A stretch of 64,000 nucleotides of DNA from Octopus vulgaris. Taxonomy: Eukaryota. Numbering within the stretch: position 1 is the stretch's first letter; every line of letters starts with the position of its first letter. The stretch is taken from assembly GCA_951406725.2 (NCBI GenBank), contig OX597815.1, positions 128,650,001 through 128,714,000 on the forward strand. The letters are read 5' to 3'. Made by a program: the position numbers and the translations under genes. Shown piece after piece: positions 25,680-36,915 of the stretch. The notes below the pieces were generated by a model. That model had not been told where the DNA came from, searched no databases, and saw only the letters and a program-made list of their open reading frames with translations.

Positions 25680-26046
25680 TTTATCCTTTCATTTGTTTCA
25701 GTCATTTGACTGTGGCAATGCTAGAGCACTGCCTTTAGTCAAACAAATCAACTGCAGAAATTATTCTTTGTAAGCCTAGTACTTATTCTATCAGTTTTTT
25801 TTGCCAAACCACTAAGTTATGGGGCTGTAAGCACATCAACATCGGTTGTCAAGTGATGATGGAGAAACACACACACACATATATACGACGGGCTTCTTTC
25901 AGTTTTTGTCTACCAAATCCACTCACAAGGGTTTGGTCAGCCTGAGGCTATAGTTGAAGACACTTACCCAAGGTGCCACGCAGTGGGACTGAACCTGGAA
26001 CCATGTGGTTGGTAAGCAAGCTACTTGCCACACAGCCACTCCTGCA
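25680..26046 (-). mobile_element. Family-A SINE
   Basis: Reverse complement of 8607-9034. Confidence 0.9.
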
Positions 26047-26079
26047 CCGATATATCTATTTATATATATATATATATAT

Positions 26080-26435
26080 AACACATGAGAGAAGTGAAAT
26101 GGAATTCATGAGATTCTTTATTAATTACAATGATTGTTTTGACCCATCTTGTATCAATCCCTCACAGATGAGATGCTATACAATTGGTTATGGTGCATTC
26201 TTCGGTGCAGATGAGTCAGGTGACTTTTCAAAAGGTACCTCATTCAATAAGCTCAGTTTCATTTGGTTTGATTATATAGCATGTCATTATTTGCTTGCAG
26301 GTGGTTGCCTATGGATTTTGTGGTTTCGAATGACATGGATTGAATACAGTTTATTTTTTATATATCAGGTAACCATAGAAAGTGAATGTGCCTTAATCAG
26401 CAGACTAGCAGGTGTATATCCAAGCTTTAATTAAC
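26080..26435 (-). mobile_element. Probable Penelope-like element end (pLTR remnant) beside (TA)n
   Basis: Minus strand has ccgaaga...gggtcaaaacaat..taataaag (a decayed ctgaNga/gaaac core plus polyA signal), an arrangement typical of Penelope termini. Confidence 0.4.
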
Positions 26436-26469
26436 TACTTACTATATACATACACACACACACACACAT

Positions 26470-26825
26470 ATACACTATTCGAGCATGGTTGATGCCAGTG
26501 CTGCTTGACTGGCTCCATGCTGGAGACACATAAAAAGCACCATTCGAGTGTGGTTGATGCCAGTGCTGGCTGACTGGTCCCCCACCAGTGACACATAAAA
26601 AGCACCATTCAAGCGTGGTCGATGCCAGTGGCACATAAAAAGCACCCACTACACTCTCAGAGTGGTTGGTGTTAGGAAGGGTATCCAGCTGTAGAAACTT
26701 TACCAGATCAGATTGGAGCCTGGTGCAGCCTTCTAGCTTGCCAACCCTCAGTCAAACAATCCAATCCATGCCAGCATGGAAAGTGGATGTTAAACGATGA
26801 AAACAATGATGATGATGATGATGAT
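26470..26825 (+). mobile_element. RTE-tail non-autonomous element (family C) with 3 internal repeats
   Basis: cacataaaaagcacc x3, then the same 3' end as 1540-1720. Confidence 0.85.
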
Positions 26826-27117
26826 AACACATGTATCATCATCGTCATCATCATTCATTGTCCATGGATTGGATGTTTGACCAGGCTGGAAGGCTACACC
26901 AGGCTCCAGTCAGATTTGGCATGGTTTCTATGACTGGATGCCCTATATATATACAGAAAGAGAAGCCATGGGATTATATTGATTCCTTCATGGTGGTTGT
27001 TTCAACACTACATGATTCAGATCAATCATGTATATAAATAATTATTTTATATTACGGCATATTACCCGTGATCTATGTTTATGTCATTAGATAGTGGTAA
27101 AAAGTGCAATATATATA

Positions 27118-27780
27118 TACTCTTTTACTCGTTTCAGTCATTTGACTGTTGCCATGCTGGAGCACCACCTTTTGTCAAGCAAATTAACCCCAGGACTTAT
27201 TCTTTGTAAGCCTAGTACTTATTCTTTCAGTCTCTTTTGCCGAACTGCTATTTTACATGGACGTAAACACACCACCATCGGTTGTCAAGCGATGTTGGGG
27301 GGAAAGACACACAAACATATACACACACATACATATATACAATGGGCTTCTTTCAGTTTCCGTCTACCAAAATCCACTTTGGTAGTCCAAGGCTATAGTA
27401 AAAGACACTTGCCACACAGCCAATCCTGCACCTGTGTATATATTTGATATATATAAAGGATAAAGACTCCCTTTGATCATGAATAACCATGGTATCACAC
27501 CTAGAAAATTCTCCTCCAAAGAACAAATCTGGGCAAGGTTGTTTATGGAAGACCAGCAGTCATGCATGCATACCAGCCTCCCCTCTCTGTATCAGTGATG
27601 TTATACAAGGGAAAGGCAAAGGCTGATACAGTCTGGTACCAGTGATGTCGCAACTCATTACTACAGCTGAGTAAGCTGGAGCAACATGAAATAAAATGTC
27701 TTGTTCCGGAACACAACGCACAGCCCAATCCAAGAATCGAACTTACTACCTTCTGATTGTGAACCTGATGCACCTTCATA
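27118..27780 (-). mobile_element. Family-A SINE (27118-27432) and a CORE-like SINE with a different tail, family F (27465-27780)
   Basis: The second element has cagctgagtaagctggagcaacatgaaataaaatgtcttg, shared with 53970-54020. Confidence 0.75.
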
Positions 27781-28504
27781 TATATATATGTCATGTCAAT
27801 GAAGTTTTAAGATAAAGAAAAGTAGATGTGCAGTTGCAACTGTCTCATTTTTCCTTGAAGAGTAATCATCATCATCATCATCATCGTTTAGCGTCCGCTT
27901 TCCATGCTAGCATGGGTTAGACGGTTCAACTGGGGTCTGTGAAGCCAGAATAGAAAGCCAATTGACTGGCTATATTCAGGAATGAAACCATTAACTGCAG
28001 CTGGTCCTAAGGTTGCTAGTGCCCTGGGAAAACTGAATTTTGGTGCCTGTAAAGATATAATTTTAAAATTCTTAGACAAGGAGTAAAAACTGCCAATGTA
28101 GAAATAAAGAGGTATATTACAACTTATCAAATGTAAGAATGGAATCATTTTCACCATCATCATTTAATGTCTGTTTTCTATGCTGTCATGGGTTGGACAG
28201 TTTGACTGGAGCTGGCAAGGCCAGGTGTGACATAAGGTTCCATTAACTGTTTTAGCATGATTTCTACAGCTGGATGGCCTTCTTAATACCAATCACTTTA
28301 CATGGTCTACTGGGTGATTTTATTATTTTTATTGTTTTTTTTTACCTTTGTGTGTAAAAGACCCTATATTTGGATGTGGCACCCCAGGTGATTCTTGATT
28401 TACCAATAGTTTCACCTGGCCCTGCCATTAGGTTTGGATTCTCAGGCTTCTTTTGATTCACTGTTTTCAGCACCACCATCACCACTAATAATAATTATAA
28501 TAAT

Positions 28505-28720
28505 GATTTCAAATTTTGCCACAAGGGCAGCCATTTTGGTGATGGTGGGGTTTCGATTACACTGACCCCCAGCGTTCAACTGATACTTAATTTATTGAAC
28601 CCAACAGGATGAAAAACAAAATCAACCTCAGTAGAATTTGAACTCAGAATGTAGCAGCAGACGAAATACGGCTCAGCATTTCACCTGGCTTACGAATGAT
28701 TCTGCCAGCTCACCACCTTA
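28505..28720 (-). mobile_element. Family-B SINE
   Basis: Full head and tail flanked by (AAT)n. Confidence 0.9.
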
Positions 28721-29209
28721 CATAATAATTATAATAATATTAATAATAATAACAACAACATAAGCTTGAATGATTTAAATTATTTAAGCTTCTTGCCATG
28801 GAACACTACACAATTCTGTCTAAATGTTTTAAGATGAATTGTTGTTAACAAGATTATAATTTTTGGACTATTAACGTCAATCTTTATGGAAATATTGAAT
28901 AATCTTTTATGTCTAAAGATGAGATTTAATAGTCTGAAAAATTATAATCTTACTGTGTAATAGATTTTGTGTTAGATTTTGCATTGTTGTTACTAAGCAT
29001 CTATACATTTTTAATTCCACTTTGGAGTGATGCTTATAGTATTGTGAATTAAGGAACACCTTATTATTATCACTTCTTTTAGAAAGGCCTAAACTCAATA
29101 TCACAAGCTAGGTCAGACATTCATCGATCATAGTACTGCTGCTACTTACATCTATTCCTCCTGTAGTGTAACTGCTTACAGATCAGAGCCATCAAGGGAG
29201 CCTCTACAT

Positions 29210-29510
29210 CAGTGGCTTTCAATCATTTTTTTTCTCTATGGACCCCTTTGATTACTATTCTATTCTGGTAGACCCTATAGCTATTTGATGTTTAAAGACT
29301 AGTTTTATAGATACTTCTTACAAAATTCCTATTTTGTTATTCAAACATTAACTTGTTTAGGTTAAGAAAGAAACATAGTATGTTTCTTGCAATAAATTAC
29401 ATGTAAATCAAAACTTTTTTGTGAACCCTTGATATACTACTATGGATCCCTAACTTGCTATTTTGCTTGCGTGGACCCCACAAAATCTTATAGACCCTAC
29501 TTGAGAACCA
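29210..29510. mobile_element. hAT (Charlie-like) MITE with 8-bp TSD
   Basis: TIRs cagtggctttcaa / ttgagaacca, TSD ctctacat / ctatacat, and repeated internal ggacccc motifs. Confidence 0.75.
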
Positions 29511-29556
29511 CTATACATTGTTGCTCAGCCTGCTAGAATCAGAAACTAAAGCTCAC

Positions 29557-29778
29557 TAAACTCTTGATGCCAGCTTGCCTGAGAACACTCTGGTTCTGTG
29601 ATGCAAACTTTCTGCTCTCAAGTGATCTAAAATAAACCTTGTGTCAAAGTTTTATGTTAAGTTATGTTCCAAACACCATCTTAATAATAACAAAGTTATT
29701 TTACTTAATTCATTAATTTTAAACTTGATTAAAACTGACAGTGTATTTCATTAGAAATATTGTTACAAAAGGGCTAAT
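29557..29778 (-). mobile_element. piggyBac-like MITE, same family as 23439-23660
   Basis: Reverse-complement similarity; ends ttacaaaagggctaa. Confidence 0.6.
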
Positions 29779-30864
29779 TTGTACTCAACTATCTGGAAAT
29801 GTTTGATGCATTGAATAATGTTGTCCCAGATATACATAATTTGTGGGACTACATTATCCAAGTACTTATTTTAAAGACTGGTACATCATCTTACTGCTCA
29901 TTATTAATCAAACCACTGTTAAGTACATAAACTAAAGTACCATTTATTTTTAAATGATTTCAATAAAAGACAGACAGACATACACATGCAATGGGTTTCT
30001 GCACAGTTTCCCCCTATTAATTTCATCCACAAGGTATTGATCAATCTAAGGCTATAGTAGAAGACACTCATCCAAGGTGTTACACAATGGGACCGAACCT
30101 GAAACCACATGGTTGGGAAGCACATTTTTTTTTCTCTTTTTTCTTACCTTTTGAGGAGTTCAAACAATATGTTTATTAGGGTTGTATCCCTTGTAAATTG
30201 AGATTAGCTCCTGTTGCAGTAGTTGTTTAGCCTAATGTCACCCCTGACTGATTAAGCAAATGTGTAGTCAAAAGTATTTGAGCTTTTACCATTCTGTTTT
30301 ATATTTAGGGATAGTTAGGACTGTATTATCAAATACATTGTTCAGGCAGTATGAGGTATTTTGACTGCTACTTTTAATAGGTTGAGTGATTTTGTTAAGA
30401 CTCTCTCATGCAGTAGTACTTGAAATAGCAGATGAATAAGTAGATACATTTACCGTTAATGCTATCCTAATTATTATGCAAGTAAGCTCCATTGTTGAGT
30501 GGAATATACCACAGTCAATGCTAACAAGCAGTAACTACAAACTAGCAAACATTAAAATTCTAATTAAGTAGTTGTTCAGCTTGACATAAGGCCCGATGAT
30601 AAAGTGGAGATCAATAGTTAGTATAAAATATGGGTCAGTTTGGAGAATCATGTTTGTTGCTTGACAAGGTGTAGTTACAATCAGGTCAGTGTACTAGATT
30701 AGTCATTGAATGGGTACTATTTATAAATAGGTCACAACAGTTTTGTTGAAGAAAGCAAAGTTTTGTTGGGAAAACAAAAGAACAGGTGATAGGAAAAACT
30801 TCCTTGTTTATTTATTCTAAGACTTTTTTAGATATCAATATTTGCAGCTTTTTTTTTTTTTTTT

Positions 30865-31232
30865 TACTTATTTCAGTCACTGGACTGCGACCATGTTGGG
30901 GCACTGCTTTGAAAGGTTTTGTTGAACAAATTGCCCCCAGTACTCATTTGCTTTTTAAAATTTGGTACTATTAGTCTTTGTGTATTTTTGTTTTCTTTGC
31001 CAAATCTCTAAGTTATAGGAATGTAAACAAACCAACACAGTTTGTCAAGTGGTGGTGGTGGGGGACAAACAACAAAGACATGCACACTTGCATATGTACT
31101 TATACACACTCTTCCACACAGTTTCTGTCTACCAAATTCACTCACAAGACATCTGTTGGCCCGAGGGCACAGCAGAAGCTGCTTGCCCAAGGTGCCGTTA
31201 CAAAGTCAGCTTCATAACTACATAGCCATGCT
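30865..31232 (-). mobile_element. Family-A SINE
   Basis: Reverse complement of family A. Confidence 0.85.
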
Positions 31233-32405
31233 TGTGTCTTTAAAGCCAAAGGATGGTCATGTACTGCTTTTTATTTCTTTGCTATTATTTTAAATGGGTT
31301 AATATTATAAGTTGTTTTTTTTATTCTTTACGTGGAACTTTAGTTTTGGTAACAATTTTATAAAAGAATAAAACTATTGTTTCATTTTAAAATGTAAATC
31401 CTAAAGCTGGTTTGTGCCCATGGCTACCTTCTGAAATAATCAACAATACATTTATATTTTAACAAGTGGACTACAAAGGAAAACGGAAGAAAATACATCC
31501 TCTACAAATTTTGTGACATCTTTTTGTTGCTTTTAATATTTAAGTGGTGAATTGGCAGAATCTTTAGAGCAATGGTTAAAATGCTTTGCAATTATATTTC
31601 TTTGACTCTGCACTTTGAATTCAAAACCTGCTGAGGTCAATTTTGCCTTTCATCTTTTCAGGGGTGATAAGAAATAGTACTAATCTAGGACAGTGGTCTT
31701 GGTAGGAGTTTAAGCAAAATTCTTTACAGTATCTCATCTGGCTCTCTTGTGTTCTAAAAGTATTGTTTATGATGACACTAATGCCAAGCTGTATTGGTCC
31801 AAGTTGGCAGCTTTCTTTGAAACAAACATTTGTGGCATGGAGAGGGGGAAACTTGTATGCAGGGGTAATTGCTGGTCTTCCTCAGAAAAACAAAAAAATA
31901 GAATCTTACCTAGGCTTGCACATATGTAGATGCATAATACAAATGTTTATCAACTCGGCACATGGAGATGTCCTTGGATATGCTAGGTTTCCTACATATA
32001 TCTCTTATTATAAAAGGCAGCCAAAAGTGATAGACATATTAAATACAATCTATCTCCATAGTATGTTGGTGTTTTGAAAGTTCTTCTGTAAAGGTTTCTA
32101 TTGCAACATTGCAGTGCTCCAGTAAGGATACACATCATTGGCTGGAACAAGAACAACAATACTTCTTTTCCTCTATGGTCTCTGTTCAATGGAAGTTTTG
32201 AATTCAGTATTGTACCCACCAGTTGCATTGTCATAAACATACTTTTCAGTTAGTCTTTATTACAAGAACTGTGCCATTATTCATGCTGTATATTTTAGTC
32301 CAAACAAAATTATATTACTCAGGGTTTTTTTTATACACTCTGACATTTCTGGTATCATCTGGCATGAGGAAATGAGACCAAACTATTTGGCAGTCTTGTT
32401 GCATA

Positions 32406-32722
32406 GCATGGGTTCTCAAACCAAAGTATGTTACCTCGAGAGGCATACAAGAGAAATTGCATAGTGAGGTTTGAAAAACCCTGGAATTTTAAAGTAATTG
32501 CAACCAATTTAATGTAGTAAAATGTCTAGATGATGTGTGGAGAGCCTTTTGTTGTTGCCATTTACTTATTGTGTTTGGTAACCACAAATTCTATGCAAGA
32601 CTGTCAACTGAGATCGATATAAGGGTGTGCCTCTACGAAACTCTGCTTATCTCTGCTCATCCATCTCATTAAAAAATTAAATTAAAATGATTTCTTACGT
32701 TGGGACATGCCCAAAAGTTTTG
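32406..32722. mobile_element. Possible hAT-type MITE, right end overlapped by a SINE
   Basis: catgggttctcaaac at the left and aaaagttttgag at the right. Confidence 0.4.
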
Positions 32723-34429
32723 AGGGAGGGAACAGTCATTTGTATTGACTCTAGCACTTGACTGATACTTTATTCTGTCAGCTCCAGAATGATGAAAAGC
32801 AAAGCTGTCCATAGAAGGATTTGAATTCTTTAAATTAAATTATATTAATAACAAGTCTCACTTGTCTATTATCTGTACTTTGGTATCCAACCATTTTACA
32901 CTGTATTCTTCACAATGAGTACACCAACATTGCCAGCCATGATGAAAGGCTACACTGGAAGAAACTGTTGAAGAACATCGGTCTAGCTTCAACAAACTTT
33001 TGGCATGGAATCCAATAGATGAATAATTTGATGGCAACTGAATAAATGAATCTGGAATTTATCAATGACTTCATTTAACATTTCAGACAAACTTTTGTAT
33101 ATGACTGTAATAGTTCTTATAAAATATTCATTCACATTTTTTTAATTAACTGCTGGGCTAATATATTTCAAATGATATAAAAAGCTTGACTTTAGATTGA
33201 CAAAGGCAGTAAAGAGTTATCAGAAATATAGAATAAAATGTGTTGTTCCATATTTAATATCCATTTATGACACTCATGTTGACTGCCTGAGAAATCTCTC
33301 ATCCAATTTCTTTACAAATTGGAATTTCATTCTCAGCAATACATATTCTATTTGGTAAAATGATGCCAAGAGCATGTTCACTTTTATTTTTCATTCTCTT
33401 TCTTCACTTTTCTATTTTCAATTTGTTTTTCTGTTCAAAATCATGCTACAATTATTTAAATTTCCATTAAAACACTTGCAAATTTGACCTGTTAAAGGTT
33501 AATCAACTTAAATCATAAAATTCTTTAATTGCCTCTCTTATTGTTAAAATGCTTGATCCTCTTTTTCCTGTTTCTCAGTTAATGGCACTATTTAGTAGAA
33601 GAATTAATGACTCTTAATTGTTCAAAAGTTATGGCTATTGCATTTTGAGGATATGAAAGGAAACTTAAGTCTTTGAAACATCTAATTATCTCTGTATTAA
33701 AAGGAACTGTTCATTTTACTATTATTTTAACGTTTTTTTGGAAGGGGTTTTTTTTCCATTTTTTTCTCTTAACCATACAAAAAATTTGACTAAATTTATT
33801 TTTTTAAATTTTATTGATTAATTTTTTTTCATAGACTTTAGATATGTTTTATCAACAACAACTAATTAATTTTTACTTCAATATTCTATTGATTACATTT
33901 TATTTTCTCACATAGTATTAGTTTAAGGCAGTATTTCAATGTTATTTTCATTTATTTATTCACTTTAACATTTTTTAGTTTTCTTTTATGTTAGTACCCC
34001 AAAGTTATATATCTTAATATCTTAGCTAATTTACTTTCAGAACTTTAAAAATATTATTATTATTATTATTATTATCATCATTATTATTATTTCATCACTA
34101 TGCCAAACCTACTTACTATGGATTTGCTGCCCCTTGCTTGGAAAACACACAATATGATTAGTCAGTGGTATCCAATGTATAGTTATTGGTATTTAATATC
34201 CCCCACTGACTGAGGGCATGGAAATAGGCTGGTCAACTGGTGTGTTGTCAGATCACAAGATAGTTTAAATCCTCAGTGGTTACTATTGTATATTTAAGTA
34301 ATGTATTTATTCTTACATATCTTAGTTTACTTGGCTGTCAAGAATCTGTACAAAAGCTGCTGGGAATGTTAGCTATGGTATTTTTGTTTCAGAAAAATAA
34401 ACCAAGGGTGATTACCAAACTAGACCATC

Positions 34430-35010
34430 GTCATCAACATCATCATTTAACGTCCATTGTCCATGCTAGCATGGGTTGGGCAGTTTGATTGGGCTGGTAC
34501 GCTGGAAGGCTGCATCAGATTCCAGTCTGATTTGGCATGGTTTTCTATGGCTGGATGCCCTTCCTAACACCAACCACTCTGATAGTGTAATGGGTGCTTT
34601 TATCTGCCACCAGCACAGGTGCCATTTGCATGACACCGAGGTGCTTTTACATGTCACTGGCATGGGTGCCATTTGTGTGACACCAGGATGCTTTTCTGTG
34701 CCACCAACACAGGTGCCAATTTGCATGACACCAGTATCTGCCACAACTGCAATTTTGCTCAGCTTGATGGGTCTTCTTCTCAAGCACAACATAATACCAA
34801 AGGTCTTGGTCATTGCCTCCATGTGGCCCAACACTCGAAAGGAACTCAGCCACTTTGCCTCTGTGAGGCCCAATGCTTGAAAGGAACCCAGCCACTTTGC
34901 CTCTGTGGGGCCCAGCACTTTAAAGGAACTCAGCCACTTTGCTTCTGTGAGGCCCAACACTCAAAAGGAACTCAGCCACTTTGCCCCCGTGAGGCCCAAC
35001 ACTCAGAAGG
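34430..35010 (-). mobile_element. RTE-derived non-autonomous element whose 5' part is a 42-bp tandem repeat (~4.5 copies)
   Basis: RTE tail at 34430-34600. Unit gaaaggaactcagccactttgcctctgtgaggcccaacactc at 34815-35010, whose minus-strand translation LGLTEA matches LGLTEEM of the LINE at 775. Confidence 0.85.
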
Positions 35011-36539
35011 TGATATTAATTTAGATAAATCAGGTATAGAGTGATGTACAGAATGATTTATATAAAAACATTCTCAATTAGTCAAATTATGTAATTTAGT
35101 TGGAGAAAGAATGAAACATAACTGTTAACTGCTCTTATGTAAAAGGGGGAAATAATTTTGAGAAATTAAGAATTGTCATGAAAATATCAATTTGAATACA
35201 CCCTAGGTAATTAACTACTCTCTGCACTTACACAATTGCTCCCCTCACACACTTCTGGCTTTGCTGCTGGTATTGATCTACACCATCCCCCCACCCCACT
35301 GATCTCTGTGCTTTTGGCTGACTACTCTTTACATTGTCCTGTGTACAAAGCACTACCTCTCATGTAATGGTGCCACAGCAGAAAGCCAACTAATCATGCA
35401 CCCTCAGGAGTGACTGGTGAGTGAGGCAATCTCTCTAGTACTCACACTGTAAAGTGGTTGAAAAATGAGTAGAGAATGTGTAGGGTTCTGAGATCCCTTT
35501 TATTCAACCTCTCTAGTGTTGGTACCACAGGAAAACATACCCAGTACATTATAAAAGTGTTGATGTAAAGTAGGATCTCCAGCTGTAGAAATCAAGCCAA
35601 ATGACATGAATACCAGTCTATGGAAGCAGTGGCTTCCAATAAGAAATGACTTGGACCATGACAACCCATCCAACCAATGCCAGCATGGAAAGTGGACATA
35701 AGATGATGATAATGTTTGAAGGGGAGAAAATCTGATCTCTGTTACTAAGCAGGGTAACAGCTATAAGCATGTTTTTGGTCTTATTGGACCTTGTCAGTGA
35801 AACAGTGAAATTCAGGCCTGTTTGGTCAGTGGACAGAGATTTTACTTTTGGAGAAATCAGTCAAAACAAAGAGTTTTAACCAGTAATAATTTGTATAATT
35901 TTAAAAAGTGAGTTAAGGAAAGTAACAAGGTGATATACTTACTGAATAATATTTGCAAAAAATTCACTTTCAACCTAAAATTTTTCCCTTATTTGGAGAA
36001 AGAAAACAAAATCCAGTGTTTTAGCTATGATGCTTCAATGGGGCTTCTGTACTGCAAAACATGATCTTTGGTATAAGACCACATCCTTAAAAGAACCTTT
36101 TGGTTCAGGGAAATTGGTGATGGAATAAGCCTTTCTTTATCTAGGGTAAGATTTATTCCATCTGGTTTTCAAAAGACTCTTTTGGTTAAGCCATGGTTAT
36201 TAAAAGACCCTTTTAGTTAAGAAAATTTTATTTGAAGGTACCTTCAAGACAAATGGTCAACAGTTCCTTATACACTCTCAATAGAATTGTGTGGTTCACA
36301 ACTAAAATACTGAATTTATATGTGGCCCTCTCCTAGCTATAATTAAAATCAAGACAACTAGCACTATAAAATTGACAAGTGATTTACTAGTTTGCAGTGT
36401 CAAGAACAATTCCTTATGAGTCTGAAATTATTTCACCAGTCAGTTTTAAACCAGAGTCCACAATGTAATCATTTTGGTCTGCATTACCATTGCAACTGGA
36501 TCTTGGTTCTGACTGTCATCTGCTGACTTTCAAGTGTAA

Positions 36540-36915
36540 CTGTATGATTTAGAAATTTGCTTTTCAGCTTTGTGTTCAGTCCTACTGTGTCTTTTATTGT
36601 GGTCCTGAGTTGACCAAAGCCTTGTGAGTGGATTTGGCAGATGGAAACTGAAAGAAGCCTATCACATATGTATGTGTGTTTTTGTGTGTTTATGTGTACC
36701 TTTGCCTTGCCATCACATGATGGTTGTGAATGAGGATTACTGTCATGTTGTTTGTTTCTTCTATGAAAATCATGTCTGGCTATGGAGAAATTTTTTTAGT
36801 TGGAAACAAATGAAGGCTGGCAACAAGAAAGGCATCTGACCATGAAGAATTTGCCTCATCAGATTCCATCTGACCCATAAGCATGGAAAAAATGGAGATT
36901 AAATGATGATGGTGA
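36540..36915 (+). mobile_element. Family-A' SINE: family-A head with RTE-type tail
   Basis: gagtggatttggcagatggaaactgaaagaagcc followed by ...aagaaaggcatc...catggaaaaaatggagattaaatgatgatg. Confidence 0.75.

Noticed and set aside
25973-26434. 153-aa ORF
   Set aside because: It is a chimera of SINE antisense, (TA)n and a Penelope-like remnant.
31747-32240. Overlapping ORFs in non-SINE sequence
   Set aside because: There are no recognisable motifs or splice signals; it is possibly an old unclassified TE.
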